From Chloroflexota bacterium (GTDB lineage: Bacteria; Chloroflexota; Anaerolineae; Anaerolineales; UBA4823): a stretch of DNA of 64,000 nt. Below the pieces are notes generated by a model. It made no database searches and was not told where the DNA came from. It worked only from the letters and a program-made list of their open reading frames with translations. Positions 1 through 9,577 of the stretch are shown in pieces. Position 1 is the first letter of the stretch. Every line of letters starts with the position of its first letter. The position numbers and the translations under genes were made by a program. Location of the stretch: NCBI GenBank assembly GCA_029265355.1, contig JAJUJL010000015.1, positions 55,012 through 119,011 on the forward strand, in the 5' to 3' direction.

Positions 1-2
1 GC

Positions 3-2000
3 GTGGTTGGGCAAATCATTCCCTGGAATTTTCCACTCTTGATGCTGGCCTGGAAGATCGCTCCGGCTATCGCCATGGGTAACACAGTGGTGCTGAAGCC
101 TGCCTCCTATACCCGTTTGTCGGCGCTGTTGTTTGCCGAGATCGTGGCAGAGGCAGGCCTGCCGCCGGGGGTGATCAACATCATCACCGGCAGTTCCCAG
201 GCGGGCACGATGATCGTCACCCATCCCGATGTGGATAAGATCGCCTTCACCGGCTCGACCGAGGTGGGGCGCATCCTGCGCCGCCAGACTGCTGGCTCGG
301 GCAAGAAGCTGTCGCTTGAACTGGGCGGTAAATCGCCTTTCCTGGTCTTTGACGACGCTGACCTGGATGGGGCGGTGGAGGGGGTGGTGGATGCCATCTG
401 GTTCAACCAGGGGCAGGTGTGCTGCGCTGGTTCGCGCTTGCTGGTGCAGGAAAACGTTGCCGAGACTTTCATCCGCAAGCTTAAGAGGCGCATGAGCAAG
501 CTGCGCGTGGGCGATCCGCTGGATAAGTGCATCGACATGGGCGCCATTGTCGACCGAAGCCAGTGGGAGACGGTGGATAGCTGGGTAAGGACCGGTGTGA
601 GCGAGGGCGGCGAGCTCTTTCAGCCGGATATCGACCTACCGGAGAAGGGCCTGTTCTACAAGCCGACGCTGATCACTGGCTTGGACCCGGCTGCCTCGAC
701 CGTGCAGGAGGAGATCTTCGGCCCGGTGCTGGTTTCGCTGACTTTCCGCACCCCGGCAGAAGCGGTCGAGCTGGCCAATAACACACGCTATGGGTTGGCA
801 GCCAGCGTGTGGAGCGATAACATCAACCTGGCGCTGGATGTCGCCAGTAAGATCAAGGCCGGGACAGTGTGGGTGAACAGCACCAACCTGTTCGATGGCG
901 CTTCCGGTTTCGGCGGCTATCGCGAGAGCGGTTTTGGTCGCGAGGGTGGGCGGGAGGGATTATTCGAATATCTGCGCCCAGCCTGGATGCCCCGGCCGCG
1001 GCCGAACTTCGATCCCGCTGCGGCTGGGAAATGGGGTGAGCACACCCCGGCGCGCCCAATGATGCCAGGAGTCGTCGAGCCTGGCGCAAATGGCGGAAGC
1101 AGCCAGCCGGTTGCTGAAAGCGCCAATGGGTATGCCTTGCCGCACGTCGATCGCACGCCCAAGATGTATATCGGCGGCAAGCAGGTGCGCCCAGATGGGG
1201 CTTACACGCTGGCGGTGTTGGGGAAGAAGGGCGAGGTTGTCGGACAGGTGGGGGATGGCAACCGCAAGGACATTCGCGATGCGGTTGAGGCGGCGCATGC
1301 CGCCCACACCGCCAAACCAGGCTGGGCCATGCGCCACGGCTATAATCGCTCGCAGATTCTCTATTTTATTGCTGAGAACCTGGATGCGCGCAACTCAGAA
1401 TTTGTGGAAAGAATTGTGCAGATGACGGGTCGATCGAAGAAATCGGCCCAAGCAGAAGTGGACATGGCAGTCGAGCGCCTGTTCACCTACGCTGCCTGGG
1501 CGGACAAGTACGGCGGCGCGGTGCAGGAGACCACTTTGCGCGGCGTCACGGTGGCGATCAACGAGCCGGTTGGGGTGATTGGCATTGCCTGTCCGGATGA
1601 GTATCCCCTGCTGGGTTTCGTCTCGCTGATGGCGCCCGCCATTGCCCGGGGCAACACGGTGGTAATGGTGCCCAGCCAGCGCTACCCGCTGAGCGCAACG
1701 GATTTTTACCAGGTGCTGGACACCTCCGATGTACCGGGTGGGGTGGTCAATATCGTTACCGGCAATCGCGACCACCTGGTCAAAACCCTGGTGCAGCACG
1801 AGGATGTGGATGCGGTCTGGTATTTCGGCTCAGCCGAGGGCAGTTATCATGTGGAGCACGAATCCGCGGCGAATATGAAACGAACCTGGGTCAACTACGG
1901 TATGCCGCGCGATTGGATGAGCCGCGAGCAGGGCGAGGGCCACGAATTTCTGCACGAGGCTACCCAGGTTAAGAATATCTGGATACCGACAGGCGAGTAG
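3..2000 (+). CDS. Aldehyde dehydrogenase family protein (5' end outside window) with a second, catalytically degenerate ALDH-like half-domain at the C-terminus
   Basis: Open from window edge. ALDH motifs GNTVVLKPA, ELGGKSP, FNQGQVCCAGSR (catalytic Cys), EEIFGPV. After a Pro/Gly/Ala linker comes a second ALDH N-terminal-like unit (YIGGKQV, NRKDIRDAVEAA, EPVGVIGIACP, GNTVVMVPS, GGVVNIVTG) with no second ELGGK/Cys pair. Confidence 0.85.
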   Translation: MVGQIIPWNFPLLMLAWKIAPAIAMGNTVVLKPASYTRLSALLFAEIVAEAGLPPGVINIITGSSQAGTMIVTHPDVDKIAFTGSTEVGRILRRQTAGSGKKLSLELGGKSPFLVFDDADLDGAVEGVVDAIWFNQGQVCCAGSRLLVQENVAETFIRKLKRRMSKLRVGDPLDKCIDMGAIVDRSQWETVDSWVRTGVSEGGELFQPDIDLPEKGLFYKPTLITGLDPAASTVQEEIFGPVLVSLTFRTPAEAVELANNTRYGLAASVWSDNINLALDVASKIKAGTVWVNSTNLFDGASGFGGYRESGFGREGGREGLFEYLRPAWMPRPRPNFDPAAAGKWGEHTPARPMMPGVVEPGANGGSSQPVAESANGYALPHVDRTPKMYIGGKQVRPDGAYTLAVLGKKGEVVGQVGDGNRKDIRDAVEAAHAAHTAKPGWAMRHGYNRSQILYFIAENLDARNSEFVERIVQMTGRSKKSAQAEVDMAVERLFTYAAWADKYGGAVQETTLRGVTVAINEPVGVIGIACPDEYPLLGFVSLMAPAIARGNTVVMVPSQRYPLSATDFYQVLDTSDVPGGVVNIVTGNRDHLVKTLVQHEDVDAVWYFGSAEGSYHVEHESAANMKRTWVNYGMPRDWMSREQGEGHEFLHEATQVKNIWIPTGE

Positions 2001-2006
2001 CGGCTG

Positions 2007-2028
2007 TTCAAGGCGCATAAGCCTTGAA
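2007..2028. terminator. Hairpin between convergent ALDH and kinase genes (possible bidirectional terminator)
   Basis: 8-bp inverted repeat TTCAAGGC (2007-2014) / GCCTTGAA (2021-2028) with a 6-nt loop. It spans the kinase stop codon. No clear T-tract. Confidence 0.35.
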
Positions 2029-3837
2029 GTCATCGAAACTGATCTCAGTTCCAGGTTCTGCCAGTGCAGCGGCGATGATGCCGTATTCACCCTGGGCAAA
2101 GGTCTGGTCGCGCACCTGCTGGACGAGTTCACCGTTGATGTAGAAGGCAAGCTGGTCGCTGAGGCAGTCGGCGCGCAGCAGGTTGGCGCTTTGATCGGTG
2201 CGTATCAAGGCGCTGCTTGCCCATCCTTCGGGCAAGAAGGCGTTGAAGCGGCCTTGCTCATACTTTCCAATGGTGTAATTCCCCTGGCTGGTGACCACAA
2301 AATAGTAAAAGTTGTCTGCATCCTGCAAGCGGCAGATGAGGCCAAAATAATTCTCTACGGAGCCGCCAACGTGAGCGGCTGACACCTCAAAGATTGCATC
2401 CGAAGCCTGCCGCGCTGGCGTGACCCACAACAATTCCCCAGGCTGGCTGATTGCGATGCGATAGGCGTCTGCCCGATACCCGTAGTCGCCATTGGTATGG
2501 TTCCCCACAGGCCAACCGCTGCCTGGGTCCGAAAAAGTGTCTTCGAAAAAGGGGGAAGGTGTGGTTGGCAATGAGATAACCGCTTGTTCGGTCGCCGGCT
2601 GTGTCGTGAGAGGCTGGACAGCCTGCTGCGGCGCTTTGGCAGTTTGCAAACCAGGCAGGATGCGGCTCAACAGCAGGTACCCGGTGATGATCAGTGCGCA
2701 GATTGCCAGCACTCCCACCACGCCACCGAGCAGCCAGGGCTGGTACGACCGCCTGTCGGAGAGAGCTGCGGGCGGGGGATGCCGGCGAGCGCCTTGCGCG
2801 CCTGCGCCGGGCTGGCTTGAAGCGCTTGTTTGCGCGGTACCAGGCTTTGCCCCTGGCAGTGGTCGATCACCGACGGCTTGGCGATCCACCTGGCTGGTTT
2901 CTTCCATCACAGTGGGGACCTCGTTGGCTGATTGGACTGCGAATAAACCGCCCGGCGCCGTTTCACCAGTGCCTTGAGCGGCGATCTTGAGCTGCGCAGC
3001 CAGGCTCGTCGCGCTGGCAAAGCGCATCTCAGGGTCCTTGGCCAGGGCGGTTTGGATCAGGCTCTCTGCGGCAGGGGGAATGCCGGAGCGAAAGGTGTTG
3101 AGGCGCGGTACCGGTTGGGTGAGATGCTGCATGGCGGTCGCCATGGGCGTGTTTGCTTGATAAGGTTGGCGACCGGTGAGCATCTCGAAGATGATGATGC
3201 CCAGCGAGTAAAGATCGCTGCGCGCATCGATTTGCCCCTCGCCCCTCACTTGTTCAGGGCTCATATAGGCTGGCGTGCCGATCAATCCCTCGCCGGTCAG
3301 CGCGGTGGTGGCCTCTGTCAGGTGAACGATGCCAAAATCAGAAAGATGAGCATTGTCGTAGGCGTCGAACAGGATATTGGCGGGCTTCAGATCGCGGTGC
3401 ACAATACCCCGAGCGTGCACCGTATCCAGCGCCTGGGCAAGGCGGGCGACGATGGCGGCTGTGGTGGAGAGTGACAGCGCGCCGCGGCGCAGGCGGGCTT
3501 CCAATGAGCCGCCGGGCATATAGCGCATAACCAGGTAAAGAAGGTCGCCCTCATCCCCGAAATCGTAAACCGGCACAATGGCTGGGTGTTCAAGGGCGGC
3601 GATGGTTTGCGCCTCGCGCTCGAAGCGTTTTCGCAATACCGGGTGATTCAAGAAGCGATCGGGAAGCACCTTGACCGCCACCTGGCGGCGAAAACGGGGA
3701 TCGAAAGCGAGATAGACTGTGGCCATCCCGCCGCGACCGAGCTCGGATTGGATTTCGTAACGCCCGATGTGGTTGCGGTCCAAGTATATGCCTCTGGGGA
3801 GCTCTGGGTATGCCCACTGTTTGGTTGCATGACCCAA
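2008..3837 (-). CDS. Hanks-type Ser/Thr protein kinase with one TM helix and an extracytoplasmic C-terminal domain
   Basis: GRGGMATVY glycine loop, VAVK, HRDLKPANILF, SDFG, TPAYMSPE. Pro/Ala-rich linker, TM LLGGVVGVLAICALIITGYLLL, about 200-aa beta-rich C-terminal domain. The only upstream in-frame start is TTG at 3837. Confidence 0.9.
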   Translation of the reverse strand: MGHATKQWAYPELPRGIYLDRNHIGRYEIQSELGRGGMATVYLAFDPRFRRQVAVKVLPDRFLNHPVLRKRFEREAQTIAALEHPAIVPVYDFGDEGDLLYLVMRYMPGGSLEARLRRGALSLSTTAAIVARLAQALDTVHARGIVHRDLKPANILFDAYDNAHLSDFGIVHLTEATTALTGEGLIGTPAYMSPEQVRGEGQIDARSDLYSLGIIIFEMLTGRQPYQANTPMATAMQHLTQPVPRLNTFRSGIPPAAESLIQTALAKDPEMRFASATSLAAQLKIAAQGTGETAPGGLFAVQSANEVPTVMEETSQVDRQAVGDRPLPGAKPGTAQTSASSQPGAGAQGARRHPPPAALSDRRSYQPWLLGGVVGVLAICALIITGYLLLSRILPGLQTAKAPQQAVQPLTTQPATEQAVISLPTTPSPFFEDTFSDPGSGWPVGNHTNGDYGYRADAYRIAISQPGELLWVTPARQASDAIFEVSAAHVGGSVENYFGLICRLQDADNFYYFVVTSQGNYTIGKYEQGRFNAFLPEGWASSALIRTDQSANLLRADCLSDQLAFYINGELVQQVRDQTFAQGEYGIIAAALAEPGTEISFDDFKAYAP

Positions 3838-4005
3838 GCAAGGTCTACCTAATTATACTTGAATCAGTCTGATTACAAGCGGTAGCTGCACGAAACAGGA
3901 TAAATTAATACTGAGTTGCAACCTTGGCTCGAGGTGAAATCGTCAAATTTGGGTGATATAATCGGATTATTCGTCCGGATATCCCTCGCGTATGGGAGGA
4001 GAATA

Positions 4006-5466
4006 ATGGCTGCAAACCGTTTTGACATAATCGTGATTGGCGGGGGACCGGCGGGTGTCACTGCTGCGCTGCGGGCGCGCGAGTTGGGGGCCAGTGTGGC
4101 GCTGGTTGAAGCCGGACGCCTGGGAGGTACCTGCACCAACGATGGGTGCGTTCCAACCCGCGTCATTGCTAAGGCAGCTCGCCTTTTGCGCGATACACGC
4201 CAGTTTGCCGATTATGGCCTGGAAGGCGAACCGCCCAGGCTGAACTTTGCCCGGCTGATGGCTAACGTGCAGAGCACGGTTTACCAGATGCACGAAAAAA
4301 AACAACTCATCCACCATCTGCGCAGTTCCGGCGCTGAGATTTTTGCGGAGAGCGGCCCGGCCAGCTTTGTCGATCCGCATACGATCACACTTGGAGATGG
4401 TCGCCGCCTGGAGGGTGATAAATTTATCTTATGCGCTGGGGGGCGTTCGCGGCGTCTGGCATTCCCAGGCGCTGACCTGGCCCTGACGCACGCCGACCTG
4501 TGGTCGCTCCAATCGCTGCCTGCCAGCGTGGCGATTGTGGGCGGTGCAGCAACGGGGTGCCAACTGGCTTCGATTCTATCGATTTTCGGCGCTCGTGTGC
4601 ATATCCTGGAACTTTCTCCACGCCTGCTGCGCATCGAAGACGAGGCAGTATCTTCTGTGATAATGGATTCGTTCACCCGGCAAGGCATCGATGTGATCAC
4701 CAGCATCCAGGGTGTGGAAAAACTCGAACGTGGTGGAGCGGCTGGGCTGACGCTCACCTATGGCAAAGATGGACAGCCGCGCCACCTGGATGTCGCAGCG
4801 GTGATCCTGTCCTCTGGTTGGCTTGGCTACCTGGATCCTTTGAACTTGCCGGCCGCTGGCGTTGCCAGCGAGCGCAACTATGTGGTTGTCGATGATTATC
4901 TGCGCTCTTCGGCTGAGCATATCTTCGCTGCGGGTGATATCAATGGCAAGATGATGCTGGTGCAAAGCGGCGCGGTGGAAGGGCGGATCGCGGCTGAAAA
5001 CGCCGTCTTGGGGGTGGGTCAACCGGTCGACCACAGCCTGGTCCCCCACGGAGGCTTCACGGATCCGGAGTATGGAAGCGTGGGGCTTGCCGAATATCAG
5101 GCGAGAGAAGCCGGTCTGGACTACACCGTGGCAACGGTCAGTTACCAGGATCTGGACCGCGCAGTGATCGACAACCATACCACCGGGTTGTGTAAGTTGA
5201 TCGTTTCCACCGAAACACACCGCATTCTGGGCGCTCATATCGTGGGCGAACAAGCGCTGGAATCTATTCATCTGGTGGCGGGGGCAATGGCGGCGCAGAT
5301 GTGGGTCGAGCAATTAGCTGATCTGCAAATCGCCTACCCGACCTTTACGGCAATCGTGGGGCTGGCCGCGCGTCGCATCGTGCACAAGCTGGGTGCTATG
5401 CCGATGGCGGCTGAGTGGGTCAGCCTGGATCGCCCGTCTGCTGAGTGGGAACACTCCTCTTTATGA
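4006..5466 (+). CDS. Class I pyridine nucleotide-disulfide oxidoreductase (MerA/Lpd-like, FAD/NAD(P))
   Basis: Start trimmed to ATG 4006 behind GGGAGGAG. IVIGGGPAG FAD fold, redox pair CTNDGC, second Rossmann VGGAATG, dimerisation domain. Signature region reads IAYPTF rather than the HxHPT..E of Lpd/GR. Confidence 0.85.
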   Translation: MAANRFDIIVIGGGPAGVTAALRARELGASVALVEAGRLGGTCTNDGCVPTRVIAKAARLLRDTRQFADYGLEGEPPRLNFARLMANVQSTVYQMHEKKQLIHHLRSSGAEIFAESGPASFVDPHTITLGDGRRLEGDKFILCAGGRSRRLAFPGADLALTHADLWSLQSLPASVAIVGGAATGCQLASILSIFGARVHILELSPRLLRIEDEAVSSVIMDSFTRQGIDVITSIQGVEKLERGGAAGLTLTYGKDGQPRHLDVAAVILSSGWLGYLDPLNLPAAGVASERNYVVVDDYLRSSAEHIFAAGDINGKMMLVQSGAVEGRIAAENAVLGVGQPVDHSLVPHGGFTDPEYGSVGLAEYQAREAGLDYTVATVSYQDLDRAVIDNHTTGLCKLIVSTETHRILGAHIVGEQALESIHLVAGAMAAQMWVEQLADLQIAYPTFTAIVGLAARRIVHKLGAMPMAAEWVSLDRPSAEWEHSSL

Positions 5467-5526
5467 AAACAGGCAGTTTGCTTCGCCGCCCGACATCCTG
5501 GCGTAAGAATTTCGAAAGTTGATTCG

Positions 5527-8061
5527 ATGGAAACCATTACATCTGCAGCTCAATTGCCAGGCGACCGCACACGCCGCGTCTTCATCTCCGCCCTGTTTAC
5601 CCTGGCTGGACTGGTCTTAATTGCTGCGCCTGTGCTCGCCTTTCAATTCAGCCAGCAGCCCTTTCCGGGCTTTTTGGTCGAACCAACCCTGGTGATCAAT
5701 GGCTTAACCAGCCCCACCTGGCTGGGGCCGCGGGTTGGCCTGACCTATCCCTTGCGTGTATTTGCGGTGAACAATCGTATGGTGCCAGACAATGCAGCCT
5801 GGCACGCTGTGCTGGATGAGTATTCGCCAGGGGATAAAGTCTCTTTTCGTATTGCCAGCGCAGCAGGCATCCAGCGCGAGACGCCCGCCTACAGCTTGCA
5901 GACTTTCCCCATCTCAGATCTTCTGCGCTTGTTCGGCCTGCCTTTTCTGGTTGGACTGGTGTTTTTCGTCACCGGTGTATGGGTGTTCGGAAGTGTCCGG
6001 CAACTCACCCCCTCGGTCGAGATGTTTGCTCTCACCTCCGTGTTTGCTGCGATTTCAACTGCTTTGACCTTCGACCTGAGCTCCACACATGCCGCGCCCA
6101 ACTTGTGGTTGGCGGCGCTCTCTCAATTGGGTGGGGCGCTGTTTAGCCTGGGGCTGACATTCCCTGAACCATGGCCGTTCATCCGGCGTTATCCTCACCT
6201 GGTGTACGCGCCTTTTGCGCTGACCGGTGCGCTGCTCGTGGCGCAAATTGTGATCAGCCAGAACTCCGCCGATCCGTGGGCATACGTGGATGCCTGGAGG
6301 TTGGGATATTACGCCACGGCGGCGGGGATTTTACTCTTCCTGGGCCAGATGCTGCTGCGTTTGTGGATCAACGGATCCTCGAATGTGCGCTTTCAAATTC
6401 GCCTGGTGTTATTGGGCAGCGCCCTGGCGTTCATCCCCACCAGTGTGTTTTTTGTTGCGCCGATGTTTCAGGTGTGGATTGATTGGGATCCGCTCTTGTT
6501 CTTGCCTGGGCTGCTTTTTTTTCCACTCTCGATTGCCATCGCCATCTTGCGCTATCACCTCTGGGATATCGAGGTGGCGATCAATCGGGCGCTGGTTTAC
6601 ACCACGCTCACGCCCCTTTTGGGAGGTGTGTTCCTGGCGCTTATCTTGCTCTTCCAGGGATTTTTCACCACATTGATTGGCGGCACTACTCCCCTGGCGG
6701 TGGCCTTGTCGACACTGGGGACGACGATGCTCTTCACTCCCTTGCGAAACCGGGTGCAGTCCTTTGTGGATCGCCGCTTTTTCCGCACTCGCTATGATGC
6801 TGCTCAAACATTGGCCTCCTTCAGCGTTGCGCTGCGCGATGAGCTGGAGCTGGAACACGTACACAGTTTGCTGATCAATGCTGTTCGAGAATGCGTTCAG
6901 CCGGAAAGCGTTGAGCTGTGCAGTTGTCATCAAGCTGGCTCGCTGACACCCATTCGAGTAGCTGAGGATGATCCATTGCGCAGCGCGCTGCTATGGGCGC
7001 AGGACGGTTTGCTGATCCAAGAGGCGGGTAAACGTTCTTTAATCGATGGCATCCATTCACCGGCTCTGCAAGAGCTACAGGAAAAGAAGATCATCCTGGC
7101 GGTGCCTCTGATCAGCCAGGGCGAGTTGGTGGGTGTGCTCAATCTGGGCCGCCGCCGCTCCGGACAGCACTATTCCCTGGATGATCGCCGCTTGCTTGCC
7201 ATGCTGGCCTCCCAAACTGCACCGGCGTTGCGCATTGCGCAGCTTGCGCTGCAGCAGAAAGAAGAGGCCCTGGCTCGTCAGCGCGTGGAGCAAGAGATGC
7301 GCATTGCCCGCATTATTCAGCACACCTTTTTGCCACGTGAAAAGTTGCCCATACCTGGCTGGACGGTGGAAACCTATTACGCTCCTGCCCGGGCGGTGGG
7401 CGGCGATTTCTATGATTATTTCTTGCTGGAAGATGGGCGCCTGGGCATTGTGGCTGGCGATGTGACCGATAAAGGTGTACCGGCCGCCCTGGTGATGACC
7501 GCCACACGCACGCTGATGCGCTCGATCGCCTTGCAGGGTCTGCCACCTGGCGAGGTGCTGGCGCGGGCCAATAACCTGCTGGACGCCGATATACCTGAGA
7601 AAATGTTCGTAACCTGTCAGTACCTGCTCATCGAACCAGGCACCGGTCGTGTGCAGTTTGCCAACGCCGGTCACAACTTGCCTTATATCCGTCGTGGCGA
7701 CCAGGTGTTGGAACTGCGCGCTACTGGCATGCCGCTCGGCCTGATGCCCGGTTTTTTCTATGAGGAAGGGCAGGTCCAGCTATTGCCCGGCGACTGTGTA
7801 CTGCTTTACAGCGATGGACTGGTCGAAGCCCATGATGTGGGCGGCGAGATGTTTGGTTACCCTCGCTTGAAAGAATCGCTGGCCACATTCCCAGAGCCTG
7901 CTAAAATCATCGAAAAGCTGCTCGAATCGTTTTCGGCATTTACGGGTCAAAGCTGGGAGCAGGAAGATGATGTGACTCTGTTGAGCGTTTATATCGATCC
8001 AACCCGACCCCTGGCGCACGCGCCGGTGTTAGAAGACCAGCACCACGCCATACCGGCATAG
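5527..8061 (+). CDS. Polytopic membrane protein with GAF domain and C-terminal PP2C (SpoIIE/RsbU-type) Ser phosphatase
   Basis: About 10 predicted TM helices in the first 400 aa. GAF-like LAVPLISQGELVGVLNLGRR. PP2C motifs GGDFYDYF, GDVTDKGVPAALVM, LYSDGLVEA, DDVTLL. Confidence 0.85.
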   Translation: METITSAAQLPGDRTRRVFISALFTLAGLVLIAAPVLAFQFSQQPFPGFLVEPTLVINGLTSPTWLGPRVGLTYPLRVFAVNNRMVPDNAAWHAVLDEYSPGDKVSFRIASAAGIQRETPAYSLQTFPISDLLRLFGLPFLVGLVFFVTGVWVFGSVRQLTPSVEMFALTSVFAAISTALTFDLSSTHAAPNLWLAALSQLGGALFSLGLTFPEPWPFIRRYPHLVYAPFALTGALLVAQIVISQNSADPWAYVDAWRLGYYATAAGILLFLGQMLLRLWINGSSNVRFQIRLVLLGSALAFIPTSVFFVAPMFQVWIDWDPLLFLPGLLFFPLSIAIAILRYHLWDIEVAINRALVYTTLTPLLGGVFLALILLFQGFFTTLIGGTTPLAVALSTLGTTMLFTPLRNRVQSFVDRRFFRTRYDAAQTLASFSVALRDELELEHVHSLLINAVRECVQPESVELCSCHQAGSLTPIRVAEDDPLRSALLWAQDGLLIQEAGKRSLIDGIHSPALQELQEKKIILAVPLISQGELVGVLNLGRRRSGQHYSLDDRRLLAMLASQTAPALRIAQLALQQKEEALARQRVEQEMRIARIIQHTFLPREKLPIPGWTVETYYAPARAVGGDFYDYFLLEDGRLGIVAGDVTDKGVPAALVMTATRTLMRSIALQGLPPGEVLARANNLLDADIPEKMFVTCQYLLIEPGTGRVQFANAGHNLPYIRRGDQVLELRATGMPLGLMPGFFYEEGQVQLLPGDCVLLYSDGLVEAHDVGGEMFGYPRLKESLATFPEPAKIIEKLLESFSAFTGQSWEQEDDVTLLSVYIDPTRPLAHAPVLEDQHHAIPA

Positions 8062-8287
8062 TTGATCCGCCTTCCTTGATCGAAATAAGCTGCTCGCACG
8101 GTGTGGGCTACGTAAAATGACCTGATAGGAGATTGCCACGACCAGGGCTGAGGAGAGCGCCTCAGCATCAGGCGTGTAAAGAACACCCGACGCTGGTCTA
8201 CTCATGACATATTTGTCATTTCTTTATTTGAATGCCGCCTGGCGGCATAGCCGAATCTCGCAATGACAGCCAAGATCAAAAAGGAGT

Positions 8288-8659
8288 GTGAGTGTGCGTA
8301 CGAATAAGATCGAAATCCAGCCTCGCCTGATCGATGCCGAGACCGGCGCAATCGATGTGATTGGCGACTTAACCGGCTTTGCCGAGCAGCAGATGGCGCT
8401 GGCGTTCGACCAGCTCGCTGAAAGAGGCGCCAGGAAGATCCTTTTTGTCTTCGACCGCATGGATTTCATGAACAGCTCCGGCATTGGCTTGCTGATCACC
8501 TTCCTGGTGCGGGCGAATCGCAAGGGCATTCTATTGGCGGCAGCCGGCCTCAAAGATCACTTCCAGCATCTCTTCGAGCTGACCCGCTTGAAGGATCCCA
8601 TTCCGGTTTACCCCGATGAAGCCGCCGCTCTGGCAGCCTGGGCGGCAGCTCAGGCTTAA
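8288..8659 (+). CDS. STAS-domain anti-sigma-factor antagonist (RsbV/SpoIIAA-like)
   Basis: MDFMNSSGIGLLITFL carries the conserved phosphorylatable Ser context (xSSG). AAGGAG at 8281-8286. GTG at 8288 or in-frame GTG at 8294 as start. Confidence 0.8.
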   Translation: MSVRTNKIEIQPRLIDAETGAIDVIGDLTGFAEQQMALAFDQLAERGARKILFVFDRMDFMNSSGIGLLITFLVRANRKGILLAAAGLKDHFQHLFELTRLKDPIPVYPDEAAALAAWAAAQA

Positions 8660-8688
8660 ATCATAGTCGCTTTGTGGAGGAGTGCCGC

Positions 8689-9198
8689 ATGGCAGAGCCT
8701 GATGAGCCCAAGTCCAGGCGCGAGCTGATGGAAGTATTGCGGGACGAGAGACAACTCTTCGATGATCTTCTCGCATCCCTGAGCGACGCCCAACTGCTCG
8801 AACCTGGGATCGAGGGCAACCGTTGCGTGAAAGATATCCTGGCGCACATCACCGATTGGGAGCAGCGCATGAACCTCTGGATCCAGGAGTCGCTGGCGGG
8901 ATTGATCCCTCAACGACCGGCCCCTGGCATGACCTGGGACGATCTCGACCGGCTGAATGAGCAAACCTACCTGGAGAACAAAGCAAGGCCTCTCGGTGAA
9001 GTCATGACAGCCTCCCGACGCTCATACGCCCAGTCATTGCAAGCGGTCCAGGGGCTGTCGGAAGAGGATCTATTCGATGGTCGGCGCTTTGTCTGGCGCA
9101 ACGGCGACCCGCTGTGGCACATGGTGGCAGCCAACACCTGGTGGCACTACAAAGAACACCGCCAGCAGATCGAGGTCTGGCTGGCAGCCCGCGCCTGA
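8689..9198 (+). CDS. ClbS/DfsB (DinB-like four-helix-bundle) family protein
   Basis: ATG 8689 behind GGAGGAG. Pattern KDILAHITDWEQ...NTWWHYKEHRQQIEVWL is typical of the DUF1706/ClbS family. Recognised by eye only. Confidence 0.6.
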   Translation: MAEPDEPKSRRELMEVLRDERQLFDDLLASLSDAQLLEPGIEGNRCVKDILAHITDWEQRMNLWIQESLAGLIPQRPAPGMTWDDLDRLNEQTYLENKARPLGEVMTASRRSYAQSLQAVQGLSEEDLFDGRRFVWRNGDPLWHMVAANTWWHYKEHRQQIEVWLAARA

Positions 9199-9239
9199 GT
9201 CGTCGCGGTTTGCCGGGGAGAGACCAACCAGGGTCACTC

Positions 9240-9532
9240 ATGGAAGATCTGCCTGGTGAAATCGGGGAAGGCTCCGCCTCCACCAGGTACATCAGCAGTC
9301 CCTCTGCAATCACCAACACAGGTCGACCTGCCGCCTCGACCATCGCCACCCATGCCAGGTCGGGGACCGACGAGGCCATCCAATGGTTGCGGTCGGCCGG
9401 CGGGAAAAAATTCCGGCGAAGATCTATGACTGGTGGCAGATCCGGGTTGTATCATTCGATCTTGCCGTTGTCCACCCGCTAAAATCGGCCGTCCAGGCCG
9501 CAGCCCAGGTGCAGCACCACACTATTGCCTGA
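9240..9532 (-). pseudogene. Relic of a class I SAM-dependent (LCMT/TcmP-like) methyltransferase
   Basis: One minus-strand frame reads VVLHLGCGLDGRF*RVDNGKIE*YNPDLPPVIDLRRNFF...DLAWV...RPVLVIAEGLLMYLVEAE. SAM motif I and the EGLLMYL motif are in frame but interrupted by TAG (9479-9481) and TGA (9452-9454). N-terminus missing (abuts the TetR promoter), C-terminus lost. Confidence 0.55.
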
Positions 9533-9548
9533 ACTTGAGATTGAGGTC

Positions 9549-9577
9549 TTGACAGAACCGGATATACGGTGTATATT
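9549..9577 (+). promoter_or_regulatory. Sigma-70-type promoter of the TetR gene
   Basis: TTGACA (9549-9554), 17-nt spacer, TATATT (9572-9577). GGAGGG SD before ATG 9621. Confidence 0.6.

Noticed and set aside
8144-8248. Small palindromes between the PP2C and STAS genes (GCTGAGG/CCTCAGC hairpin; ATGCCGCC-T-GGCGGCAT dyad at 8232-8248).
   Set aside because: Short stems, no T-tract and no match to a sigma-54 or other promoter consensus that I could align. Possibly regulatory, but the evidence is too weak to call.
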